DNA of 64,000 nt from Camelus ferus (taxonomy: Eukaryota). Position numbers and translations under genes: made by a program. Positions 53,807 to 64,000 of the stretch are shown here, piece after piece; within the stretch, counting starts at the first letter, position 1; each line of letters starts with the position of its first letter. A model generated the notes under the pieces. It saw nothing but the letters and a program-made list of their open reading frames with translations. It ran no database searches and was not told the origin of the DNA. The stretch is taken from assembly GCF_009834535.1 (NCBI RefSeq), contig NC_045696.1, positions 48,052,001 through 48,116,000 of the forward strand, in the 5' to 3' direction.

Positions 53807-54388
53807 TGTGATGGCTTTTTGATGTTAGTTTGACTTGACAGAACTACAGTGAATTCTTTGTTTCAAAAGTGTCTGGTTAGGGCAGATTGCAAAGGATAAC
53901 CTCCCATGAGAATGAGAAGGTGTGGTCCTGTTGGGGCAGATTGCAAAGGATAACCTCCCATGAGAATGAGAAGGTGTGGTCCTTTGGTGCCATATACATA
54001 ACTTTTTCTAGTCATTAAGACCCTAGTCTAGATTTTGCTGTGAAGGGATTTTGCAGATGTGATTAAGGTCCCTAGTGGTCAAACTTTAAATTAATAAAAA
54101 GGAAGAATGCCTGGGGCGAGCCTAACTTAATTTGCATGAAAGCCTTTAAAAGAGAACTTAGAATTTCCCTGAAGTCAGGACTCCATAGAGCTTCTGGCTC
54201 TGGAATTGCTCTCCCTTCCTCCTGCGTCTTCCTGACTTGCACCTGTGAACAGAGAGCTTCAGCTTGTGCCTGTGGAATTCCAGCCTGCTCGTCATCTTCC
54301 TTTCCTGACTGCCTGCCTGTCCTGTGGACTTTGGACTTGCTTCTCCAGCCCCCCAAATTGTACTAGCCAATCCCTTGTGGTAAAATCA
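53807..54388 (+). mobile_element. ERVL LTR (MLT2 family)
   Basis: tgtgatggc...ctagtctagattttgctgtgaagggattttgcagatgtgattaagg...ttccagcctgct...ggactttggacttgc...agccaatccctt. Confidence 0.8.
53880..53983. repeat. Tandem duplication, 54-bp period, 50-bp identical core
   Basis: 53880-53929 identical to 53934-53983. Confidence 0.95.
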
Positions 54389-57300
54389 AAAGAAAAATCT
54401 TGTAGGGTAACTAATCCATGAAGATGAATGCATAGACAATAGCACAGGGTCATCTTTAGTTATAAGCTAAAATAAATGTGTGACGCTGACAACACGCACT
54501 GTAAGATGGCAGGATTGTGAGAGGTCATTGTGACCAAAAGTGAGTGATATAATTTAAAAAGTCAAAAAAAAAAAAAAAAAAAAGAGATAGAGGAGAAACA
54601 TTCTGTTCAGTGTTTAGCAGAGTTTATTGAGATTAACATGTAATTCCAGAGGATGGTAAACTGATTTCACTTTCAACCAACAGCCGACTTAAACTTTCAC
54701 CTTAGTTGTCCATCTACAAGCAGTTAAAAAGTCTAATAATGTCCTTAAATTTTTGTGAATTATTACTGAGAAAAATGTTAAGTATTCAACCTTAGCAATC
54801 TTTAGTTAAATAACAATGTTAATTTTTACATAATTTTTTCTGAGTAAAGTCAAGAATCCTGGGTAGAATGGGGTCTTTTATAAAAGAAAAAAAAAAAAAA
54901 AACAACTCAGGGGCAAAGCACCAAAAATAACTATTTCCTACCCTGCCCTGTCAAAATACTCTTCAGCTTGTAGGCAGCCCTTCAGAGTCACTGGGGCATG
55001 AGTTTGTTGAAGAATGAACCAGCACACATTTATTGAAAGGGTCAGCAGAGGCAAAGATGACAGGTATGAGTGGGGTTGGTGTGTGTGCATGTGAAGCATG
55101 TGGTGGCAGTAAAGGAGCAGCTTACTAATATTTGAGGAGAGGTAATGACAGAAGACGTGACTTTATTCAGATAGAAAACCTAGACATTTTGGGGTTGCTA
55201 TGCTAGTTCAAGAAAGATTAGCTTTGTTTACTAAGAATTCATTTGAGGAATCACTTAGGCCATATATTCTTGCTGTAAATATATTTTTCATTCTTGTTTG
55301 TGAGCAGTAAGTAATTCTGATATATGAACTCTTTAGGGGGAAGTGGAAAAAAAGGTCCAAAGTTTTCCAATTATTTCTTAATTTTAGAAAATAAGCACCA
55401 TGCTGCAAGTGTAGGAGAAATAATAATGTCTCTAACATACTAGACACTGTGTGTAGCATTTTGTAGCTTATAAAGCACTGGCATGTATGCCTCATTATTT
55501 CCTTCTAGGGTCAGTAGAATCTCTTGAGAGGTCACAGTAGCCCTGTGATATGGCTTAGACTGCATTTTATATATACAGAATTTAAGGCTTTCTCTCTGAT
55601 TAGAATGTCTTCTTCTTGGAATGGTTTACCAACTGTTCAACCCCTGAAATACTTCTATGTCAATTCATAAATAGTTTTCCATCCTCTAATCTACTGAGTA
55701 TTCCCCACCTGTGATAGCCCCAAATTATCCACCTGGGGCCCTTCACTCTCCACCACCCATCAGTAAGAGGATTACTGTCTAGCCCAGCGGAGAGCCACCA
55801 GGACCTAGCTCTTAACTTTCTTGGTTTCTCCTCTGACTGGCTGTTGCCCAGGTCCTTCTGATTGTTAAGTATCTTAAATCACATTCCCTAGTTACTAATT
55901 TTACATCTATTATCCATCTTTCAAAACTTTTGAAATCTGTCATCTCTGATGTTTTTCTTTCTACTTCTTTTTGTTTTGGGGGCTTATGCCTTAAAAATCC
56001 CAATACGGTGATTTCAGTAGAGTGTCAGGAGGGAGAAGAGATAAATGCATTTGTCAGTATGCTTTATTTAACCATAGTTTGGTTAATAATCTTGAAGGAT
56101 GCTGAAAATATCCACTGGAATAGGGTTTATAAAAAAGTTCACCGTGGAACCTTGTTAATAAGTGCTACATGAAAAGAAAAAGGACTCTTTGATCCAGTAA
56201 GTGTGGAAATGTTGGATTAAATAAAGTCAAACGTGCTTTTTTTCTCCTCAGCTTTTTGTACCTTTTCTATGCTATTGCTCATTGTTAATTTCAAAGCCAG
56301 GGTTAAAATATCTTGTGTTTCTCACACCTCTTTTCTGCTCAGAATGCTCTTTCCTTTTTAAATGGAATACAAATGTTTAGGGAACAAAAATAAAAGCAAT
56401 TATTTTAGAAAGTGATGCATAATTTGGGGGAACTTGTGCTATATCATCTGCAGCCCATTGGACATCCAACACTCCTATCTAAAGTCTCATCAGAATTTCA
56501 GCAAAGAATCTGGGAAGTGTATTTCCCAGCATCCCCCTCCCTGTGTAGTCCCAGATTTGAGCATGTTCATGGAAAGACATATTCTCTGGACATAGTGCAA
56601 CCAGATGTACAGTCAGAGCTGAGCTCTTGAGAACCACTAGCTAAGTGGGTTCACTGGGAATCAGTTCATAGGACATTCTCAGAGATACTGGAGAATTTCA
56701 GCATCTTCCAGACGAGACTCTTAATGGTTTTAGTGTTTTGGGCTGAGACAACCTTTCTAACTTTCAGAGTCATTTTCCCTAACTCTGGGTGGAAGCTTTC
56801 CTGACCTCTGTTCTCCCCTGAAAAGTATAAGCCCTTAATTCTTTATAAAACCCTTTAGATCCATGATTCATAAGGGGGGCTTTTTTTTTTTTCCCTCAGA
56901 TGGTCAAAAAGTGATTCAATACTAATCAAGAGTGTCAGTGAGTCAATCAGAAATGTCTGTGTAGCTACCTATTCAAATATTAGAATAACCACTTAGGGTT
57001 TCATGAAATTTACTAAATTTCAGGAAGTCAATGTTTAGAGGATTTGTGTATAGCCTTTTCCAATTTGGAGCTGAGCAGTGTGGCCAGAAGTAAAGCTGTT
57101 GTTCATATACTATAGGCAACTCTTTATCTGGAGGACATCAATACCACTTCAGTCACCAAGATCCTGGCCAGCTATGTAAATTGGACGTGAAAAATAATTA
57201 TCTAATATAATACCCGTAGATGTTATATCAGTTCAGAATAATTAATAATATTGAATTGGTGAGCTTTGTTGTTTGAAAAAATCCTTTCTTGAAAACTGGT

Positions 57301-59399
57301 AGGTTATGAGGACTAAACTGAGATTAAAGGGCAAAAACAAAATAAACAAAGCCAAAAACAAACAAAATGACATTTAGAAAACCCCAACAACTTCCTATTT
57401 CCTATGTCAAGGTTATATAAACAAGTCCTCTGACGTCTTTCCCTGTTCACTTCAATAGTGCATTCATTCAACTTCAACCCAAGCACATTCACCTTTGAGC
57501 ACTGTATATCAATCACCTTGTTCTTTAATAGTTTTGATTCCAGAGTGCTGGAATCACCTACAGGGCTAGGATCAGGCCCTTTTTATTTTCTTTGTGTAGA
57601 AATTTGAACAACACAATTTAGTGCTAAAAATGCTTCTTTCTCTTTATATTGGGGGCTAGATGTTGACTTGTCATTTCTGTTGTATACGTATCTTGCTTCT
57701 AGCCCATTTGTGTTATGGAAGGTCAAGTATATGCAACTGATGATCAGTAAATCTAAGGTACATGTCCTCTCACCCAGATCAGAGAAGGATGAACAGAACA
57801 ATCAAGCTAGACATTAGACACTGATCTTTTAATTCTTTCTTGAATAAATAATGTGCTTCTTGAACTAGTCAATCTGAACATATAAAGAATCACACAGTTT
57901 GTTTACATGTCAGTCAATCAATGAAAATGTTTTGGACCCTTCCTATGTGCCTAGCATTGTAATAATTGCATATTATTTTCATTGTCAATAAGTAATAATT
58001 TTGTTTGGCCCTCACACAGAATGAAATACATGAAAGATTAAATTCTTTCCCTAAAAGAGTCAAATTTATATTGTTCTGAGTGAAGTTTTAATGCATATCA
58101 GATCATCATAAATTTTTGAACAGATTTGTTTTAATCTAGCATGGGGCATAGCAGGCTCAATATAGCACATCATTCCTCTTCACAAAAATATGTCTGATCT
58201 TGTTTTCAAGGATGGCCTGGGAAATTCTACAGTCTCAAAATGTGGATGACATATGGTAGCTGAAATGCCACCAACCTGAAAACAGAAGAGACCTTTGCAA
58301 GCCCAGAATTCAGTTGTTTATTCAATTTCCCAAGCACAGAAACGATTTAGCTCTGAAAAGCAGTCAGGGAGAAATTTGTTTAAAATGCAGTCTAGAAAAA
58401 GACTGCAATTTTCCCATGTTCTTAGTCAGCACAGGGAGGCTGTTAACAAGACTTTCAGACTCCTGAACCTCTAATAATCAACATTTTCTAGTAAAGCCCG
58501 GGATTAGCAAGCCTCATAAATGGTATCTGACTAGGAGCTGGGGGCCTGACTTTGAATGATTTCTGCTTGGTCTTTTTGTTCTTCTAGTGACTCACTACCG
58601 AACACCCTAATGAGAAGAACAAAACAAGAGAAAGTAAAACTTGTACCTTTCTTCTGTTGATCAATGGAATAGTTTTGAGCAGATTGAAAAAAGAAAGGTA
58701 GAAACTCATAAAAGAGATAATAAGTTTTATTAAGGGGATATATTTAGAACTGTAATATTTAAGCAGTTTCAGATAATTATTTACTTTAATTTAGGGGTTG
58801 GTTTGGGTGGAGAAATGAGCAAAAATAAATTTTGAAAATGGAGTTTAAATTGACTTCCATTTGTAAAAGTTGAATTTTTGCCTCGCTTTAAAATAATCCA
58901 TTTGTTGCACAAGGTGGTGAGAACCTATGCTAACACTAGCTGATATATTACTAGTGAGTATATATTATATGTTTTTCTGGTTTGTTTATAAATGCATATT
59001 GCTGATTACACAGCAGAAGAATCTCAGAACACAATAAAGTCTGGGAAAATCTGTTACTGAAACTGAATCAACAGTTCAAAATTCATGTTCTGTTAAGAAC
59101 GTATCATCTCAAAGGTATGAAGGTCAGTATTCAGGATGAATGAGCTTAAGTAGAGTGTCTGGATGGTAGCGTATTTCGATATATGGCCCTAGAGTTTCTC
59201 TGTGATATTACTCTGTGGTATATCACATCAGTGTGTTCATGGTCAAATGATTCAGAGCATATTTAAAGCCAAACTTTACTAGTGATTTTTACCGTAAATA
59301 TAATAAAGTGAATAAAGTACCATAATCAAAAGTGTCAGATCAAGGAACATTTTACACATATATCCAAATAATTAGCACTTAGGTCAAGATGTAACATAT

Positions 59400-60200
59400 A
59401 TACCAGTGTTAGAGAATGTTCTAATTTCATTCTTTTATGTGTAGCTGCCCAGTTTTCCCAGCACCATTTATTGAAGAGACTGTCTTTTCTCCTGTATATA
59501 CTTGCCTCCTTTGTCATAGATTAACTGACCGTAAATGCATGGGTTTATTTCTGGGCCCTCTATCCTGAGCTATGTGTCTGTTTCTGTGCCAGTACCATAC
59601 TGTTTTGATTACTGTAGCTTTGTAGTACAGTTCGAAGCCAGGAAGCCTAATACCTCTAGTTCTGTTCTTTCTTGAGATCGTTTTGGCTGTTCAGGGTCTT
59701 CTGTGTTTTCATACAAATTTTAAAATTACTTGTTCTAGTTCTCTGAAAACTATCATTGGTATTTTGATAAAGATTGTATTGAATCTGTAGATTGCTTTGG
59801 GTGGTAGGGTCATTTTAACAATATTGATTCCTCCGATCCAAGAACACAGTATATCTTCCCATCTGTTTGTGTTGTCTTCCATTTCTTTCATCAGTGTCTT
59901 ACAAGTTTTAGGATTACAGATCTTTTACCTCCTTAGGTAGGTTTATTTCTAGGTATTTTATTTCTATTGGTGTGATGGTAAATGGGATTGGTTCCTTAAT
60001 TTCTCTTTCTGATAGTTCATTGCCAGTGTATAGAAATGTAACAGATTTTTGTGTATTAATTTTGTATCCTGCAACTTTACCAAATTCATTGATGAGCTCT
60101 AGTAGTTTTATGGTAGTATCTTTAGGATTTTCTAAGTATAATATCGTGTCATCTGCAACCAGTGACAGCTTTCCTTCTTCCTTTCCAATCTGAATGCTAT

Positions 60201-60243
<43 letters not shown>

Positions 60244-60662
60244 TTTCTCTGATTGCTGTAGGTAGGACTTCCCATATGATGCTGAATAAAAGTGGTGAGA
60301 GTGGGCATCCTTGTCTTGTTCCTGATCGTAGAGGAAATGCTTTTACTTTTTCACCTTTGAGTATAATGTTAGCTGTGGGTTTGTCATATGTGGGCTTTAT
60401 TATGTTGAAGTATGTTCCCTCCATGCCTGCTTTCTGGAGAGGTATTTTTTAAAATCATAAGTGGATGTTGAATTATATCAAAAGCCATTTCTGCATCTAT
60501 TGGGATAATCATATGATTTGTATTCTTCGGTTTGTTAATGTGGCGTGTCATATTGATTGATTTTGGGGTACTGAAAAACCCTCTCATCCCTAGGATAAGT
60601 CTCATTTGATTATGGTGTCCAGTCCTTTTACTGTATCATTGGATTCAGGTTGCTGGTATTTT
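59400..60662 (-). mobile_element. Internal L1 ORF2 (reverse transcriptase region) fragment, frameshifted
   Basis: Minus-strand ORFs carry L1 ORF2 motifs [61 protein letters not shown]. Confidence 0.95.
60199..60246. repeat. (ATTT)12 microsatellite inside the L1 fragment
   Basis: read directly. Confidence 0.95.
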
Positions 60663-60920
60663 AGCCCAAATCTTCCCTCGTACCCTCCTCAGTCAAAACT
60701 CAGCCTCCACAAGTTAATCACTATCCTCATATCTGTTACATCAGTTAGTTTTGCCTGTTCATTCATTTTTTCTTTTTTTTTTTTTTAACTGTATGTAGCA
60801 TTTCATTGTATGACCCTTCACAGTTTATGTATCTATTCTATTCGTGGATGTTTCAGTTATTTCCAGTTGGAGGATATTATGAAAGAAGCTGCTGTGGACA
60901 TTCTGGTGCACATCATCTAG
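60663..60920 (-). mobile_element. Old L1ME-like 3' UTR; probable left half at ~59280-59399
   Basis: ttccctcgtaccctcctcagtcaa...ttagttttgcctgttc...ttatttccagttgg...gctgctgtggacattctggtgcaca. Confidence 0.6.
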
Positions 60921-62204
60921 TGAAATCAGAGCAGATTTTACCTCTCAGTAATGCTTACTTAGGCAAAATGTTTCTAATTGTTCCTCTTTCATATACAAAC
61001 CCAAGGTACCCAGTCAGTTGTGAGCCATGAAGCTTCCTCCAGACAAGGAGCTTCTAACCCTAGAGCTGTGCTGTTTTTAAGGATATCGTGTGTACAACCC
61101 CAGAGAGAACAATTCACATTATAGCCTGGGCTCCAGGGGCACATGGAATAGTGCAGTGAGACTAGCCTGACACCATTGCTCTTGGCCCTGATGACAATTT
61201 TCAGGTCCATAATTTATTCATTGTTACATTTAACAACTTGCTTCATCTATACTTTGCACAAATAAAAAAATTACTTATAAATATAGGATAATAATAATAG
61301 TCTACTAGGATTTAAAATATGCCTTGTATGTTGTGCTTTGGAGCTGTTAAATTTTAGTATTATACTTTATTTTTCATCCTCCTATTTTTGAAAATTGGCA
61401 CTTCAAGTAGAAACCCTAAGTAACATTCATGACTATTCTCAGGATTCCTCCCACCAGGTGTTTTCTTTATTCATATGGTTGCTCTATGTATTCAGATAAT
61501 CAAGTGTCAAAAAACCATCCCTCAAGGCTGCTTATAAACTATAAAATATGTTGGAAATAAACTCACCTGCTTGTCAATTGCAGAGACACGCTAAGCCTTC
61601 TGTATAATTTGAGCTTACTACTCTTGCTTATCTACTGGGCTTTACAAACAGATTAGAAACCATCTATTCATTATGTCCATGACATTTTTTAAAGCAGTAT
61701 TTAGGAGCTGGGCAGATGTTCCCTGGGAAATGTTTAAAAGTCAAGTACTTTATAGAAGTAAGGGTAATTCTGACCCAGCATGGTAAATACAGTGGTGATA
61801 GTGACTTGTATTTTCCCACCATTGAACCAGGAAGAGAAGAGACTAAGCCCAACATCAGTGTGTCTTCTTTGGGACAGGCCATGGTGGCATGAAATTCTTA
61901 GACATTCACAGGTCATCTTCATTTTTAATAAATTTAGTAGTCTTTGTATTTTGTCAAACAAGACTAGTTGTGATAGAAATATATTTAAAATTGCTTATGC
62001 ATAATACTAGTAGTATCAGTAATAATAATTTAAATGCATTAACTTCTAAAACTGCAAAGTCCAGGAGTATATTTGGCTTTAGTCATGGATTTAGGCATGA
62101 CCTGGAGCTCAAATGATGTCAGCAGCGTCAGCCTCGCTCCAGCACTGTGAAGTGCTGCACAGATGATGGCCAGGAGTCCCAATAACCTCACTTGTTTGCT
62201 TGGA

Positions 62205-63340
62205 AGCGGTCAAAAGCTGCGTTCTCCATAAGCAGATACAAAGATGGGTACATGCTGTTTATTTGGAATTAATACCTGTGAGAGGAAGAGGGGGAAACAG
62301 GATTGGGCAGAGGGAGCTATCAAACTGAAACTGAGTTCTGGCAAAGCCTCAGCCAATCTGGTGAGGAAATTTGGAGTGAGTGTTGCTTTAAGAGATGTCT
62401 CACATCAGGTCCAAAGAGCTGGACCTATATATATCCCCCCCCCCCCCCAGCTACAGATGTGTGCCATCCTAGGAATGGTGTGACCTCCAGCAAAGTGGAC
62501 CTCTGTGACGAGGGAGCAAAGCAAACCCTGAGGCTGTCTGTTGACTGCACTTTGTACAGTTGGGCAGAGTGTTTTGCCCTCAGAGGGATCTTCATGTCTG
62601 CTACACTTTGCCTATTGTGCTGCTCAGTTCTACTTCTTAAACCTGCGTTTGGGAGAGCATTTAGTGGGAACTACAACCCCCGACACTGAAGTTGGTCTTG
62701 GGATTATTGTTGGTACTTATTTCTTCCTCCTCTAGTATTCATCCCAAATTCTTTTTAATCTTAGCTACTGTCTGTGCTCACCTTAATGGTCTGACTCTAA
62801 TTATAACCTGGCCCCTCAGTTCAAGGGGCCTAGGTCCTGGGTTGCCATGCTCTTCTTAGGCAGCCTGGGACTCATGCCTGACAAAGCCGCAGCCAACCCT
62901 ATTGAGAACTAGCAAACATAGCTTATCAGAGTTTCCTGCTTCCAGTCAAAATGAATGAACCTTTATACCCCTCCCTACCTTACTCAGTCACCGGATACAG
63001 GTAGCCTGGGAAGTGTCTAACCTCAGGTGGGAGTGAGGGGAGTTTAAAAACTTAGGTAGACCCTGAAAGGACTGATAACTGAAGGCTGTTTGCTTACCAC
63101 ACTTTTAGCCCTGATTCAAATATGTCTTCATGGTAGGATGCGAGTGGTGTGTCTTCAGATCTGCCATAGCAAGTCCAATTGAAGGAGGCAGTCTTTTCCG
63201 AAATCTCTGGCAGCCGTAACAGTATAGCCTTGGGGTGGGAGTTTGGGCTCTGATCGGTCTGCTTGTTAAACTCTTACCCAATCAGTGTGGCTTTTCCTTT
63301 TGGCCAGGCACAGGTAATATAATGACCATTGCGGTCAGAA
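62205..63340 (-). mobile_element. ERVL remnant: LTR16-like LTR (62205-62605), internal sequence and a probable second LTR16-like piece (~62870-63165)
   Basis: aatacctgtgagagg...caggattgggcagagggag...aagcctcagccaatc...ctgaggctgtctgttgactgcact. Confidence 0.6.
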
Positions 63341-64000
63341 GAGAAGTGGTTATCCCATACAGCACATGGAATCAGTTTACTATAGAAGACATATCTTTAG
63401 TTACCAGACAAAAGGGGAAAGAATTCTGGTCAGCCAAACACAACTGATATCCAGTATTTGTAGGAATCAGTAAGAATTTTAGAAGCAGCTGTAAAATATC
63501 TACAAAGGTAAGCTGGTATTAAAGTCAAAGGCTCTAGGAAGTCCAGGGATCAACATTTTTAGGTCTCTCAGTTCAAACCTGCAGTTGGGAACAAAAGAGA
63601 AGCCCAGTCTCCTTTTAGCAACTGCACAGCTAGTAGCAGCAGTAGTGAAAACCACACACAAACCCCACAAATGTCATCCAAAAGGATGTACTCTCACCAT
63701 GTGCTGATGAAAAATAAAACATAAGTGTATAGCAATAAAATCTTTTACTTTGCAGGAAATTCCCATAATTTCATTTTGATGTGTATTTTTCTGATTTAGA
63801 ATGACTGTCAGAGTCCATTTAAGAAAACAGAAACCTTTCCAAGTATTTAAGTTAGAAATAATAGTTGCAGAGCATCCATGAAACATGGGATAGAAGACAA
63901 ATGGGACAGTGAGGTCACCCAGGTTAGCAACAGCAGGAAGCCGCGAACACCAGTACTAGGCAAGAGTAATAAGGGGAGACACGTAATTACAGGGGTCAAG

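Noticed and set aside
59335..60605. Reverse-transcriptase-like ORFs as a novel RT system
   Set aside because: Ordinary frameshifted LINE-1 ORF2 fragments.

Overview
AT-rich, repeat-dense non-coding mammalian genomic DNA. It is most likely camelid, based on three tRNA-Ala-derived SINEs of the Vic-1 type with intact target-site duplications (TSDs) and cetartiodactyl-type L1 3' ends. I recognised no protein-coding gene; the ORF track is chance ORFs, simple-repeat artefacts and decayed L1 ORF2. Most of the window is a mosaic of L1, HAL1, L2, MIR, MaLR/ERVL/ERV1 LTRs and hAT DNA transposons. Subfamily names are from recalled consensus sequences and need RepeatMasker/Dfam confirmation. The main unexplained structure is one CpG island at ~49080-49535 built like a + strand Pol II promoter. 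It has a TATA box 31 nt upstream of an initiator-like CA, an NRF1 site, two E2F-type GCGGGA sites, two CACGTG E-boxes, an upstream A-MYB-like site, a G-quadruplex motif and a splice donor. It is followed by a 173-nt pure pyrimidine tract and a well-formed candidate second exon with no long ORF. I infer an orphan, possibly germline/meiotic, non-coding transcription unit; this is a hypothesis, not a demonstrated system.
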